From positions 1,984,001-2,048,000 of the forward strand of contig OZ218965.1 in assembly GCA_965112735.1 (NCBI GenBank): a stretch of DNA of 64,000 nucleotides. The letters run 5' to 3'. A program made the translations under genes and the position numbers. Position 1 is the stretch's first letter. Each line of letters begins with the position of its first letter. The notes beneath the pieces were generated by a model. That model searched no databases. It worked only from the letters and a program-made list of their open reading frames with translations, and was not told the origin of the DNA. Positions 1-12,700 of the stretch are shown here, in pieces. Origin of the DNA: Phaeosaccion multiseriatum. Taxonomy: Eukaryota > Protista > Ochrophyta, other classes.

Positions 1-2970
1 GAGTAAGCATCGATAAGCAAGCAAGTCGAGGGAAACAAACAAGTGGAGGAGGCCACGGGTTGCTTAGGACGGAGGAAAGGAACGAGCGAGGCATAACAGT
101 GCTGTTTATTGTGGTTGGAGGCCCGGGCACACAGCATTGGGTGGTTTGTGTCATAAAACGCGCCCGTGGATACTCCGAAAGAACCATGGCATGCGGATGG
201 TGACAGAAGCAACAGATAGATTTTGGCCAGGCGGTAGGAGCGAAGCAAGCAACTGGTGGTGCCTGATACTCACATTACAGGACTGAAGGCCTTCGCAGGT
301 GGCGGACGACGAGTCCACAAAAAAGCCATACTGTGTGGCGTAGAAGAGTAGTAGGAGAGGGGGGGTGGGAAGAGCAGAGAGCAGGACAGGAGTTCGGAGG
401 GCGTAAGAGGCTTCTTGCTGCCGTGCAGGGCAGGCACGAGCAAGGCACCGAAGGAGCGACTTGGAGACGAGCAGCGGCAGGACAGGGGGGAGGGAGACAC
501 GGACATCATGGCACTGACTGGGCACGCCGCGAGAGCGGAATTGCTTGTTTTGCTGCCACTCGTCCTCACCATACAGGAATAAGGGCCTTCGCAGGAAGCT
601 GTCGAGGCCTCATTAAGCATGATGTACTTGTATGGTGCAGAGAGTAGCAGAGGGGGGGTGGGAAGAGCGGAGAGCAGGGCGGCAGTGAGAGTGCGTAACT
701 AAGGCTCGGAAGGGAAGAAGGCACTGGAGTAGCGAGAAGGGGCGAGCAGGAGCAGGTAGCGAGCATTGCCACAGCAAGGCGAAATCAAGACAAGACGGCA
801 AAATAGAGGACCACGGCTTCGAGGTTAGGCCTGCACATGGGGCGGAGATGTGGTCGAGCACTGCGCCACCCCGGGCCACAGCATCGACCGAGAAGAGCAC
901 GGCATGAGCAGCCAGCACAGGCAGCAAGAGGGAGACACAGACTTGCTGGGCACGCTGCGATGGGACTTATTGTCGTGCCCTGTCTGCCCCATTCTCACCG
1001 GACAGGAAAAGGTGCCTTCGCAGGAAGCCGAGGCCGTTTCCCACAAACTGGTAGTCTGTGTGGTGTAGAGAGTAGGAGAGGGTCGGTGGGAAGAGCTGAG
1101 AGAGATTGACTTCAGAGGGGTGAAAGGCTTGCTTGCAGCCAGGCAACAAGGCACTAGAGGAGCGAGAGAGACGAGAAGGAGGTGCGTAGCGCATCGGCAT
1201 TGCCACAGCCAGCAGGGCGAAATCAAGACAAGACGGCAACACAAGAGGAGGGGATAGAGCGAGAGATACCATGGCTGGCTTCGAGGTTAGGCAAGCGCAT
1301 GGGGCGGAGCAGGCAGGAGGGGACAAGCAAGCAAGGACAGGAAGTGGGCGAGCAGCCACTGCGCCAGCCACCACGGGCCATAGCCTCGGCCGAGAAGAGC
1401 GCTGCATGGGCAGCACAGGCAGCACGAGGGAGACACAGACTTGCTTGCTGGGCACGCCGCGATGGGACTTGTTATTGTCGTGTCCTGTCTGTCCCATCCT
1501 CACCTCACACGCCAGCTTAGCAATACAGGAAGCAGAGGTAGTGCCCCGAAAAACGGCGCCCTGTGGAAGAGCGGAGAGCAGGACGCGGAGGTTCAGAGGG
1601 TGTAAGAGGCTTGCTTGCAGGGAACAAGGCGCTGGAGCGCTGACCGAGAAGACAACAGACGAAGGCTTGGAGGCATATGGGGGGCAAGGAAGAGGGGAGG
1701 GAGGCAGTCGAGGAGCGCTGCAACGCCATTACTTCCTCCAACTTGTTGACCTCACAGGCATCTCCCACACCCGACAATCAACCAGCCACCCAACGAGAGC
1801 AAGCCTAGAGCATTCGCATCCGCAGTTCCTTTGGGCGTCTGCCCACACAGTGACATGTAGGAGTACTCACCCTGCAAGACGACTCTTCCGTACATTGGAC
1901 GGCACAGTCCTTCACGAGTCGACGGAGACGCGGTGGGGAGGAGGGGGTCGGAGCGAAGCAGCAGTCCATATACGCGTACGCACAAACGCGACCAAAAGAG
2001 AGGCATGGAGAGGAGAGAGAAGGGACGTCAGTGAGCAGGGCTCTGAGGAAGACGCCAGGAGTTAAAGAGCCTCCCCACCGGTTGTAGGTAGCTCGGGTTT
2101 GATATGCAGACAGTCCGGCACCTGTCGTGCCCTCCCCGTCCTCTTCCTCCCTTCCCACCCCTTCTCCTCCTCCCATTCCTCCAAGGGCGGGTGACAGTGG
2201 CAACACTCACCACGAATGTGACGTACTGACAGGTGGCAAGCAAGTCACGGGCAATGAGCCACACAGCCAGTCCAGCCGGCAGGATGAGGCGGAGCAGGCC
2301 CAGTAAGGTGGCAGAAGATGCAGGCCATTACCGACGACAGCCCCAGGGGTGGAGGGAAGCAAGGAAGCACGGCAGGGCGGGGAAGAGCAGCGCAAGGCCA
2401 CCAGGAGGGAGTGCCAGAGAAGGCTGGGTAGGTAAGCACTTGACACAAGATATAGCCAGGAAACAACACAGCCCCTTCAAACAGGAGAGTGGGCCAGCCG
2501 TTAGCTACCGCCCCGGTTGGGGGCGGGGGGGAGCGACAAGGTCCCGACTCAAGGGGACGAGGTGAAAGAATGATGAGCGGGTACCCACCTTGCAGGTCAC
2601 TCCGGTGCAGATGATGGGATTGGCTTCATCAGGAGAAGCGCAGGTGCAGGTACCGGCAGTGCCGGAAGTCAAGTCGTACCCTCCCTCTCCGGTGCAGACA
2701 TCGTCCAACACTGGTCCACGGCAATCAAATGCCATAGGAAAAGGAAAGAAGTTGTTTCGGGACAGGAGGAGGAGGAGGACGAGGAGGAGGAGGTTGTGAT
2801 GGTGGTGGTGGATGAGGAGGAGGAGGAGTTGAGGCCGAAGGAGAAACGTGGGTCCGCTTAGACTGTACTCCTTCTCTACAACCTTCGCTGATGGGGGTGG
2901 ACTGCAACTCCTGCACCAACAAGCCCACCACGAGCAGCAGTGGGCGGAGACGCGAAGAAGAGGACTTCAT
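1..2970 (-). CDS. Paralogue (copy A) of the secreted Cys-rich micro-exon protein; 3' end lies beyond the left window edge; may be a pseudogene
   Basis: ATG at 2970 gives MKSSSSRLRPLLLVVGLL (signal-like). AG/GT-bounded exons: 2710-2589, 2225-2211 (YVTFV), 1909-1871, 1560-1504, 1055-999, 626-570, 330-274. 1-2550 is near-identical to 9430-11890. The original exon-1 donor is deleted; only a weak GTTGTA donor at 2882 would keep the frame. Confidence 0.65.
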
Positions 2971-4000
2971 CTCCTGGTGGCTGGGTGTGGCTGAGGAGGG
3001 CGAGTCAGGCAGGAGGGAGGAGGAGACCGGAGGAGGGAGGAGGCAGGGGCGGGGGTAGCATCGTTGATCAGCAGGCAGGAGCGAGCCTCTCAGCCCAGCC
3101 AAGCAAGCAAAGCAGTGCAAGTCAAACAAGCACACCAACACGTGGGCACCAGGCCAGGGAACAGCTAGTTATGGTCGCTCTCATCACCAGATAGACAGGC
3201 CCACTCAGGAAGCCGTCTCTTGCAGTGGCACGGGACTGAAAGAAGGGCCACGCACAAGCAACAGCCAAAAACAACAAACAAGCAACAAGGGCCAGCAGCA
3301 TTTCGGGACTGCCTGTTGTCACTGGCCCACCAGCAACAGCAGGCAGAGGATCCCCCCTTTCATCTCTCTTACCTTCTCTCTCCTTCTTGTGTCTCTGTCT
3401 TGTTGATCCCTCTCTTCCTCGCTTCCTTGAAGTAAGCAAGCAAGACCCTACGAATTCGGAGTTTCAAATGGCACGGACAAGGGGCGAGGAGCACTTGCGG
3501 GACCAGGAGCGAGGAGCAGCGGCAGCAGCAGCAGCGACAGCAGCGACAGCAGCAGCAGCAGCTGCAGCCCGAACTAAAAAGAAAGGTCGTAAATGCGAAA
3601 CAAAAAAAGTGTAATGGTAAAGCAGCGGGTTTGCCCCCTCCGACGGCGGCCTGGCTAATTAGATTATTAGAGGCGGCGAGGGTGCAGCATACCTTCAAGC
3701 GCATGAAGTACTTCCACACTCTGCCAAGGGTAGAGGGCTTAAGATAGAGGGCGGGGCGTGATAACACCATCGAAATTGTCTTACACTTTCCCTCGGTTCA
3801 GGGTTCAGGTGTCACAGACCGGCTCAGCCAGGGCTTCAGCAGCTGTAGGAGGGGGGGCAAAAGGCCGCGCAAAGGCACCAGAGGGACACTTTAGTTCGTA
3901 TTCTGCGCCCTACAAGCGGGGGAAGTACGTGTGGAGGAGGAAAAGCGGCAGACAACGGAGACAGTGGCACTAGAGAAGAGAGGAGGGGCAGAGAGAGAGA
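2660..4000. repeat. Segmental duplication of the 5' end and upstream region of the micro-exon gene (matches ~15545-16945)
   Basis: Long collinear matches, e.g. 3696-3790 vs 16667-16760 (gcgcatgaagtacttccacactctgccaagggtagagggcttaagatagagg) and 2930-3035 vs 15970-16080. Confidence 0.9.
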
Positions 4001-4015
4001 GAGCGAGCGAGGAGG

Positions 4016-6250
4016 ATGAAAGCAATAGGAGGGAAGAGGAGAGAGAGCAAGATATCTGTGCGGGTGGAAGCGGAGAGGAGGGGAGTACACATAATGCGGG
4101 CACAATCAGAGAGACGGCAGCTGGGAAAGGGGAGTAAGAGTGGAGTGACGAGGAGATGGAATGCAACAGCTTGTAAGGCATTAGATGAAGCTGAGGCAAG
4201 CCAAGCTCGTCAGCAGCAGCTAAAGGAGGCCATAGCTGTCGCTGACGCTGGCTTAAATGAGCTAAGAAAAAAGCACGTTGGGAAGCCAGGCCGGTAGCTA
4301 CACCGCAAAAGAACGAGCACAGAAGAACGCGCTGGCAGGATCAGTGACGGAACGCCAAGGAGAAGGTAAGATTCTGATTCTACCCTCCGTCCCTTCCTCC
4401 CCCCCCCCCTCCCGCCCCCCGCACCTCCCCTTACTTCAAGCGCCTTAATCTCCTCTCCACAATTCCCCCCCCCACCCACCCCCCACCCACCCTCTTGTCT
4501 CCGACGTGCATCACCTCCAAGCGTCTCCTCCCAGGGGAGGTGGAGAAGGTGCAGGAGCTGACTCCAAAGGTTCAGCAGGATCTGCTCAAGGCGGCTGGAG
4601 GGGCGCGCGCTAATCGCCACTCTGGTCCTGCTCACGTTCCGAAGGGAAGACTGCCTGCCGCAGGAGAGATGGACCGGCCGCCGCCAACGAACACCAGGAG
4701 GGAGAGGAAGAGGAGGAGGAAGGCCGTGAAGAAGGGCGAGAAGCGGCTGAGGTTGACGCTGTGGACCCCAAGTACCGCAGAATGACAGCGGCACAGGAGG
4801 AGTTCAACACGCAGACGAGGGACAAATGGAAGAAGGGAAAGGGCACATCATCGAAGGTGAGGATGCTATCAGCCGCGCGCCTTACACTGTGATGCTCTTC
4901 TCTCTTCTCTCCGTCGTACCTCTGCAGAATGCTTGCTCACTGCTGGCTCCACGCTCCCCTATCCTCATGGCTGACATTGTTTCAGGGCTCCCGATACTTT
5001 CATCCCTCGGATCCCCTCGCCTGCCGCGTATGGCACCCGCTCCGTCTACTTCGTCTACTTCTACTCTCCAGAGGTGGACAGCGATGTGCATGTCTGCAGA
5101 GGATGTGACAAAGGGGAAGAATACGTTGCCGTGTTCTACCTGCGGGTGGGAGGCAGCTGAGGTGGGGAAGGTTACGAGGCACGGCTACACCGAGTAGCAA
5201 GAAGGCCATCCGCATTGTGGGAGTGGAGGACCACACATACCTCATGAGCACTCGCCACTACTGCGCGTGGTGCAAAAAGGAGGCAAAGCGTGGCCCCTGA
5301 CATGCTTCTGAGACACGCCAGCCCAGAAGCAGGAAGCAGGCCGGCTGGCGCCGGCCAGAAGCAGGAAGCAGGGTCGCCTCAGAAGCATGTCAGGGGCCGA
5401 CTACGAGGAGGAGAAGAGGAGGATTTGGAAGGACAAGCAGTATACCTTCTCCGCCTACAACAGCCGCGTCACACGCCACCTCGTGGCACGATTCCCGTGG
5501 GTGGCAGCCAGTCGGGCTGCCGGCCGGCCTTCATTGTTGGGGAGGGGCTTGCACAGCAGTGAGCCAAGGGCTTGCACAGATGATCTTGCGGCATTGCTCC
5601 AGCGGCGGTAATGGCTGGCCACGGACTATCCAAGAATTTGGCGGAGCTCCGAGCAGAACAGTTTACTCGGGCGCAGATACAGTACTACGGGGCTGCGGTG
5701 TGCACAGGGAGTACGAAGTGGCCTGCCGCGGGAAGCAGCGGAGGCCAGCAGAAGGATATGAAGGACTTTTTCACAAGCGGTCGCACGGTCAATGAAGGAG
5801 GCGCGAGCAGCGGCGCGGATGGAGCTCAAAGAGACCCATAGTCGTTGAGCCCCTCACGACGCAGCTGTACGGGGCGTACACGCCCGGCCATGGGCTCGTG
5901 CGGCGGATCTTCAAGGAGCTCACGCAGATGAGGTACGCTGACATGTGCAACTGGCGAGCGTCCACGATAGGAGGCACCACGGTGGCCACTGATCACAGCA
6001 TGAAAATTGCCAAGGATGCTGAAGAAGAGGGCGCACGAGCAGGAACCAGTCAGCTCACGGCGTTTTCAAACGCAGTCAATGCCCCTCTGAGTTGTGGGAT
6101 TGTCCAGTCTTTCGGAGTAGTGCTTGGTGACGGACTGGTCGACGGCACGGGAGCTCATGGATCAGCATGGTGGCAGCATATAAGAGGGATCACCGATTTG
6201 TTGGAGAGTTTGTGCGCTATCGAGAATGTGGGCGATTATATGCATATTAT
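4016..6250 (+). pseudogene. Frameshifted remnant of a DUF6729-type putative DNA transposase gene
   Basis: Broken frames give LPCSTCG...AIRIVGVEDHTYLMSTRHYCAWC...FSAYNSRVTRHLVARFPW...LAELRAEQFTRAQIQYY...VATDHSMKIAK. From memory this resembles DUF6729 plus the DHxxK motif of transposon-associated proteins. Several stops and frameshifts. Confidence 0.4.
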
Positions 6251-6713
6251 TTAGGATTTGGGACCGGGAAAGTGCGTTTTCCTCAAATCGCAGACACCCT
6301 ATATATTATTTATTCTTTAAAATTGAAATTAATTGAAATTAAAGTATGCCGTAAAAAGGCTATTGCAGACCCCCCCCCCTTGAGGCAACTCCAAGGCCCC
6401 CCGTACCTACACTCTTTGGTATTGAATATGTGAATGGAAGCGTGCCTCGATTGGGATCCATCCATCATACAGAATGAAGGAAAGAAAAAGAAAAAAGACA
6501 TCGCCAGCACAACAGCCCGTACAAGCCAAGAGCTGTGGCCTCCCCCCAACGCCCAACTAAAAAAACCAAAAGCAAAGAAGAAAAAACCCAAACAGAAGGA
6601 AGCGGCCATCGTACAATAAGAAGCATGCCGGAGCGAGGCTATCAGCATGGAGAAAGACTGCAACCTAGCTACACGCACCAGAGAAGATGAATCGAGGAGT
6701 GCCGGTAGCACGC

Positions 6714-9700
6714 TCAGCGACCACCGGACTGCGCGGCCTCCACACTGCAGCTGCGGAGGGACGCGCCCGTGACCACGAAGCTTCCCTCCACTGCCGCGCC
6801 CTTAATGCCGAATGCGCTTGGGAGGAGAATATCGTCCACCACAGCGCTGACGCTGCACGTCGTAGGGCCCGTGCTATCGACGGCACACGCCTGCTTGGCC
6901 AGGAGTGGGTAGGCGCCTCCGTCTTGCTGTATGTACACCTCCACAACTCGCTCCTCGCCGGCCTCAATGGCGGCGACTGTATACGTGATCGTGTACACCT
7001 GGCCGGCGACGGGGATGTCCAAGGCCTGGTACAGCTGCATGTGCCAATCCCTTTCCGCCGCCGTCTGGACGCTGTACAGGGCTCCGCTACTCGTGGCGGT
7101 AATGCTGCCCTCGAGGGAGGTGTCGGCGGTCCTGACGTATGTGTTCCAAGATTCCAGGCCGGCGTCGAAGTCCGGGTTGGACAAAAGGTTGGCGGTGCTG
7201 GAGGGGCAGCTCAGGGGGGGCTCCGGCGGAGTCACACACAGCGCGGCCCCCGTCAGAGTGTACTTCCCCCCCTCCTCTCTGGCGGCTTCGTGCTCGAAGC
7301 CGAACTTGATCGGCACGTTCACGTCGTCAAGCACCGCGGAAGCCGTACACACCGTTGTCGAGCCGAACCCCCCGGGCTCACCAACGGAGCACTTTGTCCT
7401 GCCGAACACGTCATACAGGCCTCCGTTCTGCTGGATGTACGCCCGCCCGGCGCCTCCCTCGCCAGCCGCGGCCTCCATCACAAAGGTCAGAGTATACACT
7501 TGCCCGGAGACGCGCACGGCGACGGTCTGGAAGATTTGCATGTGCCAGTCGCTCTGGCCAGGCGTCTCGATGTCGAACAAGGCTCCGCTGCCCGCGTCCG
7601 TGATGCTCCCCGCGAGGGAGGTGTCGGTCTTCTTGACGAAGATTGACCAACGCTCCAGGCCGCCGGCGAAGCCCGGGTTACGCAAAAGGTTCACGCTGCC
7701 AGCGGGGCAGATCGGAACCGGCAGGACGGGCGGGACTGTGGGGTCTGTGGTTGGGACTGTGGACAGCGAAGATTGTCCATACATCCAGGGACATCGGGGG
7801 GGGGGGGCAAAAAAACAAAGAGGTATGAGGGCGGAAGGGGGGCATGTTAAGCGGCGAAGGTAGGGACCAGCGCAAGGGAATAAGGCGGAAGCAAGCAAGC
7901 TCCGCGATTACAACTGATCAAGCAGCAGCGCCGCCAGCGCTCACACACTCACCGACGAAAGTGTAATCGGGGGCTCGTGTGTCGAGCGCCTCGTCCAGCA
8001 CGACATCCGAGTGTCGGGTGAGGAGCACGGTGGTGCCCACGATGGCGGCCCGGTTGCCCCTGTTCTTAATGCGGATGCTGCTCATTTGGAGGCCAGGGTT
8101 CAGGTTGAACGTGAACGTCAGCGACCCTCCATTCCCGCTGACACCGCAGAAAGAGGAGTCGTCCCCGTCGTCGCACTGGTCAGGCGTCTGCGAGGCCGGC
8201 GGTGGGCCGCTGGCTATGATGGAGGCGGGAGGGATCTTGGCGCCGTCTTGGTCGAAGGCCGTGACTTCCCCCAGCTGCAGCGACTTGTCGCTCGGGGATG
8301 CGATGACCAGCACATACTGGGCTGTTGTTGCAAAGAAAAACACCCACAAGCGGAAACAAGAGGCAGAGATGAGGCGAGGGGGGCGGTGACGAAACACACG
8401 CAAAACGTAAGAAGAGGCCGTGCGCTGGACGCTGGTGCGTGTGGACAGATGGACGAAGCAAGCAAGGCCCAGGAAGTCCAACCAATCCTTGCTTCAGGTG
8501 CTTTCCGCGCCTTTATGCCAGGCAGCGGCCAGGCAGCAGAGGCAGCGTCTAGCTAAGCCCGTGGGGGACGTCCACAACCTCTACAACCTCCCTCAGTCAT
8601 GCACTGACAAGTTTGGGCGCTTGCGTGCTCTTACCTCCACACTTGATGGTGTCAGCGGGGCTATTGGTGTTGCAAGCAAGGCCGAAGGGGGCGCCGGGGG
8701 GTGCAGAGGCAGGGAAGGAGTGAACGGCAGGCAAGCGAGAATGAGGAGGCGACACACAAGGGGGCGGGCGGGATGACGAAAGAGAGCCAGTGCGAAGGAG
8801 TGGGCAATAGGTGCTCGTGCGGTGGGAGGCACAGGCAGGGCCGTGAGATAAAGGGCCATGATGGCCTGGTTACGACGTGCACACCCCGCATAGTCAGCTA
8901 GCTCTACCTGCGACAACGTACCAGTACGGACCGCCACAGCATGATGCTGGACTGATGTTCTGTTGGTCAAGGCCGAGGGAAGAGCGTGGCAGAGAGACGG
9001 ACGGTTACAATGGTATACTCACTTAGCCCCCACCCTGCCTCTCGTCTGCCATGACAGCCCCACCCACCTGGATAGAATCGCAGGCCTCGCTAGTCTCGCA
9101 CGTTACCGAGGCCTGCTGGTACAAGAAAGGACGCTGCAGGGTGCAAAGGTTGGGGGGGGGGGGGGGGGCACGGCGAGAGCAATGCAGCAGCCAGTGGAAA
9201 GCATTGCTTTTGAGGAGGGTGGCATCAAGTGCTGAAAGCGCTGCCTGCATCATGGACCAGTAGTGTAATCGACTTACAGTGCACGAACGTCGCCCGCTGC
9301 ATGTCACGTGAGCGGTGCACTCATCTGCTTCCCCGTAAGAGCTGCTGGAGGTGGCACTCAGCGTGGTAGGGCAATCCTCCACCATATCACAAACTTCCAC
9401 TCCCTGTGGAGCGAAAAGCAGTGAGTGACAGAGTAAGCAAGCAAGTCGAGGGAAACAAACAAGTGGAGCAGGCCACGGGTTGCTTAGGACGGAGGAAAGG
9501 AACGAGCGAGGCATAACAGTGCTGTTTATGGTGGTTGGAGGCCCGGGCACACAGCATTGGGTGGTTTGTGTCATAGAACGCGCCCGCGGATACCACTCCG
9601 AAAGAACTGAGAAAGGAGACACCATGGCCAGCGGATGGTGACAGAAGCAACAGACAGATTTTGGCCAGGCGGTGAGAGCGAAGCAACTGGTGGTGCCTGA

Positions 9701-12700
9701 TACTCACATCACAGGACTGAAGGCCTTCGCAGGTGGCGGACGACGAGTCCACAAAAAAGCCAGCCTGTGTGGTGTAGAAGAGTAGGAGGGGGGGGTGGGA
9801 AGAGCAGAGAGCAGGACAGGAGGTCGGAGGGCGTAAGAGGCTTGCTGCCGTGCAGGGCAGGCACGAGCAAGGCACCGGAGGAGCGACTTGGAGACGAGCA
9901 GCGGCAGGACAGGGGGGAGGGAGACACGGACATCATGGGCACGCCACAAACTTGTTTTGCTGCCGCTCGTCCTCACCGAACAGGAAAGAGTGCCTTTGCA
10001 GGAAGCTGTCGAGGCGTTATTAAGTATGATGTACTTGTGTGCGTGGTGCAGAGAGTAGCAGAGGGGGGGTGGGAAGAGCGGAGAGCAGGACACCAGCAGT
10101 GAGAGTGCGTAACTAAGGCTCGGAAGGGAAGAAGGCACTGGAGTAGCGAGAAGGGGCGAGCAGGAGCAGGTAGCGAGCATTGCCACAGCAAGGCGAAATC
10201 AAGACAAGACGGCAACATAGAGGACCACGGCTTCGAGGTTAGGCCTGCACATGGCTGGGGCGGACATGTGGTCGGGCACTGCGCCGCCACGGGCCATAGC
10301 ATCGGCCGAGAAGAGCACGGCATGAGCAGCACAGGCAGCAAGAGGGAGACACAGACTTGCTTGCTGGGCACGCCGCGATGGGACTTGTTGTCGTGTCCTG
10401 TCTGCCCCATACTCACCGAACAGGAATCAGGGCCTTCGCAGGACGCCGAGGCCGTTTCCGCCAAACTGGTATCCTGTGTGGTGTAGAGAGTAGGAGAGGG
10501 TCGGTGGGAAGAGCTGAGAGAGATTGACTTCAGAGGGCGTAAAAGGCACTCTTGCCACAGCCAGCCAGCAGGGCGAAATCAAGACAAGACGGCAACACAA
10601 GAGGAGGGGATAGAGCTAGAGCATATACCACGGCTTCGAGGTTAGGCAAGCACATGGGGCGGAGCAGGAGGGGACAAGCAAGGACAGGAAGTGGGCGAGC
10701 AGCCACTGCGCCACCACGGGCCATAGCCTCGGCCGAGAAGAGCGCTGCATGGGCAGCACAGGCAGCACGAGGGAGACACAGACTTGCTTGCTGGGCACGC
10801 CGCGATGGGACTTGTTTTTGTCGTGTCCTGTCTGTCCCATCCTCACCTCACACGCCAGGAAAGCAATACAGGAAGCAGAGGTAGTGCCCCGAAAAACGGC
10901 GCCCTGTGGAAGAGCGGAGAGCAGGACGCGGAGGTTCAGAGGGCGTAAGAGGCTTGCTTGCAGGGAACAAGGCGCTGGAGCGCTGACCGAGAAGACAACA
11001 GACGAAGGCTTGGAGGCATATGGGGGGCAAGGAAGAGGGGAGGGAGGCAGTCGAGGAGCGCTGCAACGCCATTGCTTCCTCCAACTTGTTGACCTCACAA
11101 GCATCTCCCACACCCGACAATCAACCAGCCACCCAACGAGAGCAAGCCTAGAGCATTCGCATCCGCAGTTCCTTGGGGCGTCTGCCCACACGGTGACATG
11201 TAGGAGTGCTCACCGCGCAAGACGACTCTTCCGTACATTGGACGGCACAGTCCTTCACGAGTCGATGGAGATGCGGTGGGGAGGAGGGGGTCGGAGCGAA
11301 GCAGCAGTCCATGTGCGCATACGCACAAACGCGACCAAAAGAGAGGCATGGAGAGGAGAGAGAAGGGACGTCAGTGAGCAGGGCTCTGAGGAAGACGCCA
11401 GGAGTTAAAGAGCCTCCCCACCGGTTGTAGGTAGCTCGGGTCTGAAAGGAGACAGTCCGGCACCTGTTCGTGCGCTCCCCGTCCTCTTCCTCCCCCCCAC
11501 CCCCCTCCTACTCCCATTCCACCAAGGGCGAGTGACAGTGGCAACACTCACCACGAATGTGACGCTCTGACAGGCGGCAAGTCACGGGCAATGAGCCGCA
11601 CAGCCAGTCCCGCCGGCAGGGTGAGGCGGAGCAGGCCCAGTAAGATGGCAGCAGATGCAGGCCATTACCGACGACAGCCCCAGGGGTGGAGGGAAGCAAG
11701 GAAGCACGGCAGGGCAGGGAAGAGCAGCGCAAGGCCACCAGGAGGGAGTGCCAGAGAAGTCTGGGTAGGTAAGCACTTGACACAACATAGGCAGGAAACA
11801 ATACAGCCCCCTTCAAACAGGAGAGTGGACCAGCCGTTAGCTACCGCCCCGGTTGGGGGCGGGGGGGAGCGACAAGGTCCCGACTCAAGGGGACGAGGTG
11901 AAAGAATGATGAGCGAGTACCCACCTGGCAGGTCACTCCGGTGCAGATGATGGGATTGGCTTCATCAGGAGAAGCGCAGGTGCAGGTACCGGCAGTGGTG
12001 GGAGGCGAGTCGTACCCTCCCTCGCCCGTGCAGAGATCGGCCCACACAGGGTCAGGACCGGGAGTTGAGGGGGACGTGGGGGAGGGGGTCACGGGGGAGG
12101 CTGGTGGTAGTGGTGGTGGTGGGGGAAGAGGTGGTGGTGGTGGTGGTGGTGGTGGTGGTGGTGGTGGTGGTGGTGGTGGAGGTGGTGGTGGAGGAGGCGG
12201 AGGAGGAGGAGGAGGAGGAGGAGGAGGAGGAGGAGGAGGAGGCGGAGGCGGAGGAGGAGGAGGAGGAGGAGGAGGAGGAGGAGGAGGAGGAGGAGGAGGA
12301 GGAGGAGGAGGAGGAGGAGGAGGAGGAGGAGGAGGAGGAGGAGGAGGAGGAGGAGGAGGAGGAGGAGGAGGAGGAGGAGGAGGAGGAGGAGGAGGAGGAG
12401 GAGGAGGAGGAGGAGGAGGAGGAGGAGGAGGAGGAGGAGGAGGAGGAGGAGGAGGAGGAGGAGGAGGAGGAGGAGGAGGAGGAGGAGGAGGAGGAGGAGG
12501 AGGAGGAGGAGGAGGAGGAGGAGGAGGAGGAGGAGGAGGAGGAGGAGGAGGAGGAGGAGGAGGAGGAGGAGGAGGAGGAGGAGGAGGAGGAGGAGGAGGA
12601 GGAGGAGGAGGAGGAGGAGGAGGAGGAGGAGGAGGAGGAGGAGGAGGAGGAGGAGGAGGAGGAGGAGGAGGAGGAGGAGGAGGAGGAGGAGGAGGAGGAG

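Noticed and set aside
151-2565. Many 70-260 aa ORFs in the repeated region
   Set aside because: Mostly intronic or antisense read-through; only short AG/GT-bounded exons are conserved in frame among copies.
3690-3915. Exon-like segments upstream of the micro-exon genes (also 16660-16860)
   Set aside because: Frames differ between the two copies and hit stops; no recognisable product.
5340-5355. 16-mer matching the transposon subterminal repeat (gccggcgccagccggc, reverse complement)
   Set aside because: Single GC-rich, near-palindromic match without flanking homology; could be chance.
6687-7863. Plus-strand 310-319 aa ORFs
   Set aside because: Antisense shadows of the GC-rich CBM exon.
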